The notes under the pieces were generated by a model. The model was not told the DNA's origin. It was given only the letters and a program-made list of their open reading frames with translations, and ran no database searches. 64,000 nt of DNA from Shigella phage SHFML-26: the sequence record KX130862, one strand, 5' to 3'. Positions 30,197 through 40,242 of this stretch are shown in pieces. Both the position numbers and the translations under genes were made by a program. Within the stretch, counting starts at the first letter, position 1. Each line of letters starts with the position of its first letter.

Positions 30197-30976
30197 TTAA
30201 TTACCAATCGTATATTTAGGAACGAGTTTCCATTCATGCTTTTGTTTAAAAGAAATAACTCGGAAGTTATTAGTTAAATCTTTCATAAAAGTTCTTTGAC
30301 CAGGAACGATTTCAATCAGTCCCCAATCTTCTAATAGCCATGCAATCGAATCACGACGAACTTCATCTTCTTCTGTCATTTCAACTTGGCGACCATCCAT
30401 ACGAAGCATTTCTTTAAAATGAACGATATAGTGCTTGCAGATTTCAGTCAATCGACGAATCATCTGCTTCATCATTTCAATTTTATCTTCATCGGTCGGT
30501 TGACCGAACGTAATAACTCGGCAGCGTGACTGAAGTGGTTTAATAATACCATCAATATTATTAGCAGTAATAATAATACTGCAGTTTGAACTATAAGCTT
30601 CCATAAAGGAACGAAGATGTCGCTGAGACTCTGCTAACCCTGAGCGGTCAAATTCATCAATAACGATTACTTTTTGACGACCATCAAATGAAGCTGCACT
30701 AGCAAAATTAGTCAAAGGACCACGAACGAAATCAATTTTACAGTCTGATCCATTCACAAACATCATATCAGCATTTACATCATGACACAATGCTTTTGCT
30801 ACAGTTGTTTTACCTGTTCCTGGAGAAGGAGAATGAAGAATAATATGTGGAATTTTACCTTTACTTGTAATAGATTTAAAGGTTTCTTTATCAAAGGCGG
30901 GAAGAATACATTCATCGATAGTAGATGGACGATATTTCTGTTCAAGAATGTGTTCTTTTTCATTTACAGTAATCAT
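30197..30976 (-). CDS. 44: clamp-loader gp44 N-terminal 182 aa fused in frame to RegA C-terminal 77 aa (gene 62 absent)
   Basis: ATG at 30974-30976 behind GAGGA; Walker A GTGKTT, Walker B VIVIDEFD, SRC motif; tail YIVHFKEM...KYTIGN matches RegA C-terminus. Confidence 0.7.
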   Translation of the reverse strand: MITVNEKEHILEQKYRPSTIDECILPAFDKETFKSITSKGKIPHIILHSPSPGTGKTTVAKALCHDVNADMMFVNGSDCKIDFVRGPLTNFASAASFDGRQKVIVIDEFDRSGLAESQRHLRSFMEAYSSNCSIIITANNIDGIIKPLQSRCRVITFGQPTDEDKIEMMKQMIRRLTEICKHYIVHFKEMLRMDGRQVEMTEEDEVRRDSIAWLLEDWGLIEIVPGQRTFMKDLTNNFRVISFKQKHEWKLVPKYTIGN

Positions 30977-31002
30977 AATTTCCTCATTCAAGTTTTAGTG
31001 TA

Positions 31003-31026
31003 AATTATAAAGGGCCGAAGCCCTTT
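31003..31026 (-). terminator. intrinsic terminator after gene 45
   Basis: AAAGGGCUUCGGCCCUUU then UAUAAUUU. Confidence 0.55.
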
Positions 31027-31027
31027 A

Positions 31028-31714
31028 TTAAAAATCGTGGGTAGAATCAGCTTCAAGAGCTACTACATAATTCGCATGTTCACCTTCAAATTTAGCAGCA
31101 CCTTGTTTACCTTTTGCCCAGAGCAGAAGTTTATAATTTCCTGGTTGCATTTTCATATTTGCCATGTTGATAATGAAATTAAATGTATTTTCACCATCAT
31201 AATCACCAAGAGTCAAAGAATATTTAACACGGGTCAAAGCAGAATCTTCTACTTTATTAAAACCGTTAATTACGATTTTACCTTCTTTTACTGTGATAGC
31301 AATTGTATCAATCTGCAGACCACGAGATACACGCAACAGCTGTTGAAGGTCTTCAGCTTTAATTTCAGTAACAACAGATGCTACCGGGAATGGAATTGGT
31401 TTATTAGGAGCAACTACTGTGCTCGGATCAGCTGCTGGCCAAAAAATTGTTGAACGAGCATCAGCAATTTTAATATTTCCATCTTCTGACTGGGAAATTT
31501 CTGCATCGTCATTAACTAGGGACAGAATACCGAGAAAACCGTTCAAATCGTAAATTGCTACATCAAAATCAATAGTGTCAGAAATATTTGCTTCCGCATA
31601 AGTTGTACCATTAACTGCGCGAGTCATAATAAATTGACCAGATTTAAGCATAATGCCAGAGTTAATAGTAGCGAAATTTTTAAGCAGAGCAGTAGTATCT
31701 TTAGACAGTTTCAT
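31028..31714 (-). CDS. 45: sliding clamp (gene 45)
   Basis: 228 aa, recognised gp45 sequence. Confidence 0.9.
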   Translation of the reverse strand: MKLSKDTTALLKNFATINSGIMLKSGQFIMTRAVNGTTYAEANISDTIDFDVAIYDLNGFLGILSLVNDDAEISQSEDGNIKIADARSTIFWPAADPSTVVAPNKPIPFPVASVVTEIKAEDLQQLLRVSRGLQIDTIAITVKEGKIVINGFNKVEDSALTRVKYSLTLGDYDGENTFNFIINMANMKMQPGNYKLLLWAKGKQGAAKFEGEHANYVVALEADSTHDF

Positions 31715-31769
31715 GTAATTTCCTTCAATTCAAATGAGATTTAATTTTATAACTAATTTAATAAAGCAA

Positions 31770-32159
31770 TTAACGATTAAAATCGGCAGCAATTGTTTCC
31801 GCAACAATTTGAGCAGCAACAATTAGACGTTCATCTGCATTACCACAATAATCATCTTCAAGACGTTCACCACATGAAGTCATAATAAATTTAGCACCAG
31901 CATTTAGAGATTCTGTAGTATGTTTGCGCATTAGTTCAATCCATTTATTACTTACTTCACGATCGATAGCTTCATAATACGCATGACGAGCAGGTGCAGA
32001 TTTAATTTTGTTCTGAATAACTTCCATTGCGTTATCAGAAAGAGACAAAACCCATGCTCGACGAATTTTATTTTGGTTTTGTGGATTTGATTCAGAACGC
32101 ACGTGTTTTGGCTGAATATCTTTTACATCAACAGTATAATTCACAGTAATTTTAGTCAT
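31770..32159 (-). CDS. rpbA: RNA polymerase-binding protein RpbA
   Basis: 129 aa, position between 45 and 46. Confidence 0.7.
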
Positions 32160-32168
32160 AATACACCT

Positions 32169-32357
32169 TTAGTCATAATAATCAGTAACAGTCCAAGCTT
32201 CATTTCTATTGGACATTATTTTTGTATATTCTGCTTTAAATGCATTCTTAAGCATAGATTCAGTAACTATATGCTCTTCATTAGAAAAATTATTTCTCAG
32301 AATATATCGTTTTATTTCAGGAATAGTTAATAGATGCTGTCCAGTTGAATATTCCAT
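32169..32357 (-). CDS. hypothetical protein (45.2 position)
   Basis: ORF track. Confidence 0.5.
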   Translation of the reverse strand: MEYSTGQHLLTIPEIKRYILRNNFSNEEHIVTESMLKNAFKAEYTKIMSNRNEAWTVTDYYD

Positions 32358-32412
32358 GTTTTTCCTCCATAGAGATTATACTCTAATAAATTAAAGCATA
32401 ATCTCTTATAAA

Positions 32413-34095
32413 TTAAACCATTACAGTAAATCGACCAACTTTCTTCATTTGAAGATGCTGACCATATGCTTGCGGGTCGTGGTCTCTATGTGAAATAACA
32501 AAAACATTAGTATTTTTTAAACTATCTAAAATAGTTGAAATAGCTTTTACACCTTCAACATCGGTTGCTGAATCAAAAACTTCGTCAAGAATTAACGTGT
32601 TTATTTTAACACCTGAAACTTTTTCAGCAATATCACGCCAAGTAAATAAAAGAGCAATATCAATTCGTGCTTTTTCGCCTTGACTGAATGAAGCATAACT
32701 AAAATCTTCACGACCGCGGGATTTAATTGTCTCATTAAATTCTTCATCTAATGTAAACACATAATCCGCTTCCATTATTTTAAGATAATGGTTAATCTGC
32801 TTATTAAATAATGGAATGTACTTTTTAATAATAGCACCTTTAATACCAGAATCTTTGAGCATATCAGTCAAAATTCCTCGGTGGTATTTTTCCATTACTA
32901 AATTAGTTTTTGTCTTAACAATTTTATCAAGTTCTTCTTGAAGCAGTGCTATTTCATCAGCATGGTCAATAAACTCGGATGATGCTTTTTCTATAGCTGC
33001 TTTAACTTTTTTAGCTTTATCTACAGTCGTGATTAGAGATTGCTTTTTATTGCGAATATCATTCGCCAACGTCTGCTGAGTTTTAATATTATCTCGGTAT
33101 TCATCAACAAGAACTTTTAAATTATCACGATGTGTTGAAAGCTGTTCAAACGAATGCGTACATTCAGAAACTTTATCTTTAATTTTAGAAACAACTTTAT
33201 CACCGGAACTCAATTGTGACAAACAGGTTGGACATAATCCACCTTCGTGATACATATTAATGACTTTATTATACGAGTCAATTTTTGATTTAATTAAAAC
33301 TGCTTCTTGACCGATTTTATTAAATGCATCAGTCGGGTCTTCATCTAAAACAATATTAACTAATCTTTCATTAGCTTTTTCTATTTCCGATTTTAGCGTT
33401 CTAGCTTCTTTTGCCAAATCATCATACATATTTTGCAGACGAGTAAGATTGTCACCCGTTAATTTTTTCTGGCGTTCAACGTTATCATTATATATTTTAA
33501 TTTGTTGGATAATACTATCTTTTTTAACGTCAAGCACTTGGTTTTGTGAATTTAATTCACGTATTAGTGCTTTATTAAGCTTATCCATTTCAGCTAATGT
33601 TCCTACCTCAAGCAGGTCTTCCACAAGCTTTCTTCGCGCAGGGGTCGACAAACCCATGAAAGGGGTATACCCTGCTGTACCAAGGACAACAATCTGCTTG
33701 AAACTGGCATATGACATTCCGATAAGCTGTTCAAATTCTGCTTGGAAATCTTTACTGCTGGCAGATTCATTAAGACGTGTACCGTTAACGGTGATTTCAA
33801 AAACGTTCGGTTTTTGTCCTCTTTTGATATAGTACTTTTTCTCATCATATTCCATCCACAGTTCAACTAAAAGTTCTTTCTTATTTGTGCTGTTTATTAA
33901 TTGGCCTTTCTTTACATCACGAAATGGCTTGCCAAAAAGCCCAAATGTGATGGCTTCTAACATAGTAGACTTACCACCGCCATTTCGTCCAGTAATAAGA
34001 GTTTTTTGAACCTTATCTAATTGAATGTCAACTCCATTTTGACCAACTGACATTATATTTTTATATTTTACTCTATTAAGTTTAAATGATTTCAT
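32413..34095 (-). CDS. 46: recombination endonuclease subunit gp46 (SbcC/Rad50-like ATPase)
   Basis: 560 aa; Walker A GRNGGGKST, coiled-coil middle, CPTC zinc hook, signature and D-loop at C-terminus. Confidence 0.9.
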   Translation of the reverse strand: MKSFKLNRVKYKNIMSVGQNGVDIQLDKVQKTLITGRNGGGKSTMLEAITFGLFGKPFRDVKKGQLINSTNKKELLVELWMEYDEKKYYIKRGQKPNVFEITVNGTRLNESASSKDFQAEFEQLIGMSYASFKQIVVLGTAGYTPFMGLSTPARRKLVEDLLEVGTLAEMDKLNKALIRELNSQNQVLDVKKDSIIQQIKIYNDNVERQKKLTGDNLTRLQNMYDDLAKEARTLKSEIEKANERLVNIVLDEDPTDAFNKIGQEAVLIKSKIDSYNKVINMYHEGGLCPTCLSQLSSGDKVVSKIKDKVSECTHSFEQLSTHRDNLKVLVDEYRDNIKTQQTLANDIRNKKQSLITTVDKAKKVKAAIEKASSEFIDHADEIALLQEELDKIVKTKTNLVMEKYHRGILTDMLKDSGIKGAIIKKYIPLFNKQINHYLKIMEADYVFTLDEEFNETIKSRGREDFSYASFSQGEKARIDIALLFTWRDIAEKVSGVKINTLILDEVFDSATDVEGVKAISTILDSLKNTNVFVISHRDHDPQAYGQHLQMKKVGRFTVMV

Positions 34096-34110
34096 TTTGT
34101 ATCCAATTGT

Positions 34111-34965
34111 TCACAATGAAGAAAATTCTTTAACTAAAGCCTGTAATGAAGCCTCTATTGGATATCCATTCTTAACTAACATTTTCCTAAACATCACATG
34201 TTTAGGACGATTATATGATATCCACAATTCATACAATTTATCTTTATTATCCCAATGATAGCCTTTTCGTCGAGATGCTATATGAGCTTTTCTAATCTCC
34301 GGATTTTTCCAACTAGCAGCTACTGAATTTGATATAGCTATTTTATATTCAGGTTTTGATAAAGCAGCACGAACAGCCTTTTGGTGTTTAATTTTATTTT
34401 CTTCGTTATTAAACCATTCCCTTGAAGCCATTGAAATTTTTTGTTTTGTTTTAAAATTATTTAATCTTTCTTTGTTATCTTTCCTATTTTTTGCTACTGA
34501 AAAATATTTTAATGCCCTTTCTCTAGCAGCATTTCTATTTTGCGGATTTGAATAATATTGTTGAAGCCTTTTTGATATTGTGTCACTTACATCTTGTTTT
34601 ATAAAACTATATTCAGCAGCTATTAAATCAACTTCGGCTAAAGATAAATTTTTATATGTTTTTCCTGACATCATTCTATTTAAAGCATTTAGCATTTTTC
34701 CATTTTTACCTTTTGCTAATAAGAAATGTGCTTTAAAATGATTAAAATGACTTAAATTAACTAAATTCCATGTAGATTTTAAATATTCAGGAAATATTGA
34801 TTTAGGAAGCACGTGATGTGCTTCCGTTTTACCTGGAGTTTTAACAGTTGAATTCATAGAAATAAAATTAATGTAAGACTTGGCGTCTTCTTCACTCAAC
34901 GCTAATTTTTCAACTAATTCCTTTATTAAAAATTCATCATTAATGTCAAGTTTAAAATTCTTCAC
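34111..34965 (-). CDS. free-standing HNH homing endonuclease
   Basis: HNH-like motif (EAHHVLP...NLVNLSHFNHF); GTG start at 34963-34965 behind AAGGAA; inserted between 46 and 47. Confidence 0.65.
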   Translation of the reverse strand: MKNFKLDINDEFLIKELVEKLALSEEDAKSYINFISMNSTVKTPGKTEAHHVLPKSIFPEYLKSTWNLVNLSHFNHFKAHFLLAKGKNGKMLNALNRMMSGKTYKNLSLAEVDLIAAEYSFIKQDVSDTISKRLQQYYSNPQNRNAARERALKYFSVAKNRKDNKERLNNFKTKQKISMASREWFNNEENKIKHQKAVRAALSKPEYKIAISNSVAASWKNPEIRKAHIASRRKGYHWDNKDKLYELWISYNRPKHVMFRKMLVKNGYPIEASLQALVKEFSSL

Positions 34966-35165
34966 AAAAGATTCCTTTTAATGTATCTTTTAGACCATTC
35001 TATCATATCATCATAATCTAAAAAGTATTCATCAAATTCAGCCATGCAAACAACGCCTTGTGCTGTTTTTGATGTAATATAAATTATTCCAACATATCTA
35101 GAATCTTCTTCGGTATAATCAATATTTGCTATGAATTCATCATTAATGTCAAATGTCGAAAACTT
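34962..35165 (-). CDS. hypothetical protein (46.1 position)
   Basis: Start placed at GTG 35163-35165 behind AGGA; N-terminus KFSTFDINDEF repeats the HNH gene start. Confidence 0.4.
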   Translation of the reverse strand, partial: KFSTFDINDEFIANIDYTEEDSRYVGIIYITSKTAQGVVCMAEFDEYFLDYDDMIEWSKRYIKRNLL

Positions 35166-35412
35166 CACAATACGCATCCTTAATACAAGATACAGCCATA
35201 TCTCGTAATGATTTAAGTGTGTCATTATCTAAAATGTTGAAGTTAAAAGATACAGCCCAATCTGTACAGACCGTAACCTTTTTAATACAATTATCTTCAA
35301 CCTCTAACGGTTCAAACCAATATTCAATAATTTCTTTATGACCAATATCATCTTTTACTTCGCATTCAAAATGCTGACTCATCATAACATTTTTAAATTC
35401 ATCAAAAGTCAT
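35149..35412 (-). CDS. hypothetical protein (46.2 position)
   Basis: ORF track; ATGA overlap with gene 47. Confidence 0.45.
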   Translation of the reverse strand: MTFDEFKNVMMSQHFECEVKDDIGHKEIIEYWFEPLEVEDNCIKKVTVCTDWAVSFNFNILDNDTLKSLRDMAVSCIKDAYCEVFDI

Positions 35413-36428
35413 TGTGTTGCCTCTACATATAGCTGATTTGCATATTGAATAAGTGCTTCACGGTCAGAATCAGTGATGTCTGGAATTGCATTAATGTATT
35501 CTTCCATCAATGTCTGAAGCGATTGAACTTCAACTTCTTCACTGTCATCTGACTCGACAGAGTTATCAATCTTTGACACAACTCGTAATGAATGCACAAC
35601 TTTTTCTAGTTCAGATTCGAACTTCGTTAGATTTTTGTCTACTTCAGTTACTATAACACGTACTGATAGATTTGTAAAATCTTTATAGTCAATTTTTCCT
35701 TTAAATGGATAATGAATTCTACGATGCCAGGTAGTATTGTTTGGAATAAATTCCATTCGTTCTGTTTCTGTATCAAACATCCAGAACCCACGAGGGTCAT
35801 TCTCGTCACCTGCAGTTAGTGTCCATGGTGTCCCAATATATCTAACGTTAGCAGCCTCAGAGATAGTATGGAAGTGACCAGACCACACTTCTTTATAAGT
35901 CTTAAGGAAATCAGGTTCAAGACCGTGAGATTTCATTCCTTTATAAAAATAAAATCCATTCAGTTCCCAGTGACCAACACAAAAAGAAGCAGATGAAGTT
36001 TTGATGTGCTCAAGAATTTCACCAGTATTTTCTTCGCACATCCAAGGAATTAAATCAATTAAACATCCGTCAAAATCTACTGTAGTAGGCTTATCATATA
36101 CTTTAACATTAGGATATTTAGCCAAAAGCTCAGTAGAAGCATTTGGATGCATTACATTTTTGTAGTGGAGATCGTGATTTCCTACAATAGTATGTAATGT
36201 GATTCCAGCACCATCAAGCATTTGAACTATTTCACGGGCAAACTCCATAGTTTTATGCGTGATCGCTTTTCGTACATCAAAAATATCACCGTATTGAATC
36301 CATACCGTAATTCCATTTTTCTTAGAATATTCTATCGCTTGCTTAATTCCATCAATTTGAATACCGCGAATCCACTCATCATCAGCTTTAACGCCTAAAT
36401 GCCAATCACCCAAGTTTAGTATTTTCAT
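35409..36428 (-). CDS. 47: recombination endonuclease subunit gp47 (SbcD/Mre11-like)
   Basis: 339 aa; phosphoesterase motifs (GDWHLG, GNHD, GHWE). Confidence 0.9.
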   Translation of the reverse strand: MKILNLGDWHLGVKADDEWIRGIQIDGIKQAIEYSKKNGITVWIQYGDIFDVRKAITHKTMEFAREIVQMLDGAGITLHTIVGNHDLHYKNVMHPNASTELLAKYPNVKVYDKPTTVDFDGCLIDLIPWMCEENTGEILEHIKTSSASFCVGHWELNGFYFYKGMKSHGLEPDFLKTYKEVWSGHFHTISEAANVRYIGTPWTLTAGDENDPRGFWMFDTETERMEFIPNNTTWHRRIHYPFKGKIDYKDFTNLSVRVIVTEVDKNLTKFESELEKVVHSLRVVSKIDNSVESDDSEEVEVQSLQTLMEEYINAIPDITDSDREALIQYANQLYVEATQ

Positions 36429-36565
36429 ATATCAAGAACCGTCATTGAAATGCAAAATAAAATTATTGAAATAAATCCATCTGGAGTGCTAAAGAACCCA
36501 ATCCAACATGCTCTAGTGAATAGATAAAATGCGAGAAAAAGTATCACATATCCAAGAAATATCAT
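36425..36565 (-). CDS. small membrane protein (46 aa)
   Basis: Own translation MIFLGYVILFLAFYLF...; ATGA overlap with gene 47 start. Confidence 0.3.
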   Translation of the reverse strand: MIFLGYVILFLAFYLFTRACWIGFFSTPDGFISIILFCISMTVLDI

Positions 36566-36579
36566 TATATCAAACTCCG

Positions 36580-36606
36580 TATAAAGCTAAAGGGCCGAAG
36601 CCCTTT
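36580..36606 (-). terminator. stem-loop/terminator after a-gt
   Basis: AAAGGGCUUCGGCCCUUU overlapping a-gt stop. Confidence 0.45.
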
Positions 36607-37807
36607 ATTTTGTAATAATGTCAAACTGTTCTTTAAAGCAGAAGCTTGAATCTTGATGCTGATACAAAAATTCATAAGCTTTTTCTCGCTCACGGTCATA
36701 AAGAGCTCGGTCAGATGACAGTTCTTTAATACGTTCAAATGTTGATTCCATGTCATTTTCATCAAACCAAATGATACCGCTATCATGCGAGGTCAAAGGA
36801 GTATTATCAACACGGAATTTTAAATTTTCGCCAGTAGATTTCCAAAATACCGGAATTGTTCCACATGCACCAAGCTCGAGATGAGTATATTCTAAAGAAC
36901 GTTGTAGATATTTTTTGTCCAACTTACTCAACTGATAACCAAATCCGGATTTACTCATGCGTTCAAGCATTTCGCTATTTACATAACGGTCAAGAATTTG
37001 CGTTGGCAAATTAGGAGCAATTTTAATTTGGTCTACTTGATGAAGACGATAATACTCATATGGAATTCCTTTTTCTTTAATAGGAATGAACGCTGGAGAA
37101 CGTTCCAGACCTTCCATAATAGTACTTAGCCCAGCAGGTTTAAGATGTTTTTCGTGAAAATCAAACATCTGATAAAAACCTTTCCATGTAGTCGTACGAC
37201 CAATCCAGCGGTTGACATTCATGTTAATTTCAGAAACATCTTTCCAGTAGGTTGATCGAACCTTCGCAATATCCATAGGAGGCTGAAAGTTGTATACAGT
37301 CGGTGCTTCTTCAATATCATCAAACAAAGAAACAGTTTCTGGATACCATTCTTTCATCAGAACTTTATTAAAATCACCATTATCAGAATGACTAAAAATA
37401 ACATCAGCTCGACGAACAGTTTCTTCTAATCCCAAATTTCGGCGCAAAGAAAGAGAAGAATGGTCATGTTGATAAACTACAACACGAACTGAAGGTTTAA
37501 TGTTATCAATAATTTTTTTATAGTTATTAATAGTGTCTTCTTCGACTGAAGTAGCAGGAACTGAATTGATAATTAGAATATCACAATCATTTACCAGCTT
37601 AAGTGTTTTATCGTATTCTTTTGCCAATAAAACCGGAATTGAAAATGATTTATAATCATGTGCACAGTTACGAGTAAATGATTTATCTTTAGCATAAACC
37701 AAAGTTACTTCATGACCATTTTTAATAAACCAATCACGTTGCTCAAGAGAAAATTTAGTTACACCGCAACCTTCAAGACCTCGAGCCATAAAAATACATA
37801 CTTTCAT
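36605..37807 (-). CDS. agt: DNA alpha-glucosyltransferase (a-gt)
   Basis: 400 aa, GT-B-like; position after gene 47. Confidence 0.8.
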   Translation of the reverse strand: MKVCIFMARGLEGCGVTKFSLEQRDWFIKNGHEVTLVYAKDKSFTRNCAHDYKSFSIPVLLAKEYDKTLKLVNDCDILIINSVPATSVEEDTINNYKKIIDNIKPSVRVVVYQHDHSSLSLRRNLGLEETVRRADVIFSHSDNGDFNKVLMKEWYPETVSLFDDIEEAPTVYNFQPPMDIAKVRSTYWKDVSEINMNVNRWIGRTTTWKGFYQMFDFHEKHLKPAGLSTIMEGLERSPAFIPIKEKGIPYEYYRLHQVDQIKIAPNLPTQILDRYVNSEMLERMSKSGFGYQLSKLDKKYLQRSLEYTHLELGACGTIPVFWKSTGENLKFRVDNTPLTSHDSGIIWFDENDMESTFERIKELSSDRALYDREREKAYEFLYQHQDSSFCFKEQFDIITK

Positions 37808-37844
37808 TTAATATCCTCTTTGTTTTGGTTTATTTTACCAAAAA

Positions 37845-37874
37845 TTTATAAAGCAATATAGGAGCCGAAGCTCC
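37845..37874 (-). terminator. intrinsic terminator
   Basis: GGAGCUUCGGCUCC then U-rich tract. Confidence 0.5.
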
Positions 37875-38047
37875 TATCCACATAATACGCCATACAGAGG
37901 CTCGTTAGAACTTTTAAATTTTATGCGCTTATATTTTATAGTTCCTTCTGCTTTAGCTTTATCATGAGACTCTTTAAAGCGTCTCATCATTTCCTCTTTA
38001 GAGAAACGAATTTTATTATAATCTATTTCAGAAGTCTGGGTGTTCAT
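37874..38047 (-). CDS. small basic protein (57 aa)
   Basis: Own translation MNTQTSEIDYNKIRFSKEEMMRRF...; terminator hairpin at stop. Confidence 0.35.
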   Translation of the reverse strand: MNTQTSEIDYNKIRFSKEEMMRRFKESHDKAKAEGTIKYKRIKFKSSNEPLYGVLCG

Positions 38048-38050
38048 CTT

Positions 38051-38257
38051 TCATAACTGCCACCATTTTTTGACTTGATAAGAATCAACCCACACTTTCA
38101 TATTAGGGTCTGCTCTTACAATAGGAGGATTAACTTCTTTAATTGAACTATCATGGTATTCTTTTTCAGAAATTTTCACACAAAGATGACCATTCAAAGA
38201 TTCAGTAAATCCTGCATTAATTTTAAGACGCTTGAATTTTACGTGTGTAAGCATCAA
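38051..38257 (-). CDS. hypothetical protein
   Basis: ORF track. Confidence 0.45.
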   Translation of the reverse strand: MMLTHVKFKRLKINAGFTESLNGHLCVKISEKEYHDSSIKEVNPPIVRADPNMKVWVDSYQVKKWWQL

Positions 38258-38540
38258 TCATATCCTCAATTTGCGATCTAGTAGTCTTCCAAAGAATACT
38301 GATGAGTTCATCGTTATATGGCTGTTTTAGAATATCCCGACTTTTCTTGATAGCATATTCGTATTGAGCAAAATTATTATTTTCAGCTGCAATCTGAGCG
38401 TGCTTATAAAGACGATTCAGTTCGCGTTTGTTTTTAGACAATAACTTATTTGCTTTTCTTTCTGCTTCAAGACGGTTCTTTTCTTCAATAGAAGAAATAA
38501 GCTTTTCCACTTCATTATTAATTTCGGGTTTATCAGTCAT
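38223..38540 (-). CDS. hypothetical protein
   Basis: ORF track. Confidence 0.45.
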   Translation of the reverse strand: MTDKPEINNEVEKLISSIEEKNRLEAERKANKLLSKNKRELNRLYKHAQIAAENNNFAQYEYAIKKSRDILKQPYNDELISILWKTTRSQIEDMIDAYTRKIQAS

Positions 38541-38541
38541 A

Positions 38542-38760
38542 TTATTTCTCTAATATAAAATAAAAATCATCATCTGTTAAATGATACCGATAGTTTAATT
38601 CTACACCATTAGATTTAAAAGCGGTATCATACGGATTTTCTGGATCAATATCAATGTCAAGAGCTAAAACTTCCCTGAGATACATTTTAAGTAAATAGGG
38701 AATAGCTTCAACTTCAGGTATTTCTTCCAAGAATCCGGAGAGGTTAATCGTTAGCCTCAT
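38542..38760 (-). CDS. hypothetical protein
   Basis: ORF track. Confidence 0.45.
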
Positions 38761-39301
38761 ATAAAAAATCCAAACTAGGAGAATCGTCTACAACACTTTT
38801 CTTTTCAGCCCCCGGTGTTCTATAGGTTGATTCTTCGTAATGCGTCATTTTATCGTAGATGTCTTGAATAAAAGTTTCATCTACTAACGCAACCATATCG
38901 TCGTCACGACTGTCATAGACATTGTGAACGAAGTAACTGTATTTCTTTGCAACTTCCTTACGTTCTTTTTTAATACGTTGGACGAATGCATTAAAACAAG
39001 CTTGAGTTATATACGCATGTGGGTTTTTATATTTCGTTTCATCAAAATTATGAAGCCCCTTAATAGAAGCTTCTATACCATCTGCAATCATTTCTTGTTT
39101 CCAAGACTGGGTGTATCCTGAAAAGTTGAAACGTTTAGATAAGCCTTCTGCAATAAGCATAATGGCTAATCCGATAGTATCATTCTGACGAACTACTTTA
39201 TTTGGGTCTTTATTATTTGCTAATTCTGTTTTCCAATCAATAATAGCTTGTAAAAGCTCTTTATTGTTTACGTAATTATATTTAGGCTTAGTTTCTGACA
39301 T
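38744..39301 (-). CDS. 55: late sigma factor gp55
   Basis: Recognised gp55 sequence ([20 protein letters not shown]...); 185 aa. Confidence 0.85.
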
Positions 39302-39379
39302 TTTCACCTCTTAGCTCAATTCATAGATCTATTATATCATAATATTTGAAGATCTATCTTAAAGCATAGAGGATATCAG

Positions 39380-39649
39380 TTATCTAAGTAAACAATATGC
39401 TTGGAACACTTTCTCCATCATCTTTTTAAATTCATGAATATCTATATAATGACTAGTTAAATCAGCATGATATAAAAAGTCTAAAAACTTTTCATGTGTG
39501 CTAACATATTCACTTTCATTTAATTCAGAAACATGACTTTCCCAATATCCAACACCAGTCTTATTTGGGAAAAATGAAATTTTCATGTATTGGTCAACAT
39601 AGAAAATGCCATAATTTTCAATAGTAATAGAAATATTAATAAATTTCAT
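39380..39649 (-). CDS. hypothetical protein
   Basis: ORF track. Confidence 0.45.
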   Translation of the reverse strand: MKFINISITIENYGIFYVDQYMKISFFPNKTGVGYWESHVSELNESEYVSTHEKFLDFLYHADLTSHYIDIHEFKKMMEKVFQAYCLLR

Positions 39650-39861
39650 ACATTCATCAACTTAGCCGCTTCAAGAGCTGCATCTAGTGAATCAAATTGG
39701 TCAACATATTCAATCAATTCGCCGTAATTGGCATATAACCACCATTGGCTAAATTCATACTCAAGGATGAATCCGTTTCCTTCAATTTGAGTTAAACCAA
39801 TGCCATTTGTATTTACTTCATATCCAGCAAGACGCAAATCGTTAATAAGAGCTTCGTTCAT
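39646..39861 (-). CDS. hypothetical protein
   Basis: ORF track. Confidence 0.45.
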   Translation of the reverse strand: MNEALINDLRLAGYEVNTNGIGLTQIEGNGFILEYEFSQWWLYANYGELIEYVDQFDSLDAALEAAKLMNV

Positions 39862-39863
39862 AA

Positions 39864-40190
39864 TTATACCTTAGTAATTTTCAGGTCTGCAAATTTTTTC
39901 TTACGTTGATTTTTCATGCGACGAATAGTTTTATCGGAAATTTCATGCTTTTGATAAGCTTTAGATTCTACACCAAAAGCTTTAACATCAAATTCTGACA
40001 AGATATATTGAACCAACAATTCACGGACAGTATTGCGTCCAATCTTCTGATCATTCTGTTTCATCGTCTGATGAAGCTCTTTTTCCCATTTATCCAAAAT
40101 TTGAGGAGTTACAATATCGCCTTTTTCTAGCAAAGAAACTACTTTATCATATGCGTAAGAATTGATGGCGTTTTTAATTTGAATAGTCAT
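39864..40190 (-). CDS. hypothetical protein
   Basis: ORF track. Confidence 0.5.
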   Translation of the reverse strand: MTIQIKNAINSYAYDKVVSLLEKGDIVTPQILDKWEKELHQTMKQNDQKIGRNTVRELLVQYILSEFDVKAFGVESKAYQKHEISDKTIRRMKNQRKKKFADLKITKV

Positions 40191-40221
40191 ACATTATCCT
40201 CAATTACGTTAAAATTTTATT

Positions 40222-40242
40222 ATCCAAAAAGGGCCGAAGCCC
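40222..40242 (-). terminator. intrinsic terminator
   Basis: GGGCUUCGGCCC then UUUUUGG. Confidence 0.55.

Noticed and set aside
36565-36786. 73-aa minus-strand ORF overlapping the 3' end of a-gt
   Set aside because: Alternative frame within the a-gt coding region and terminator; no independent start signals.
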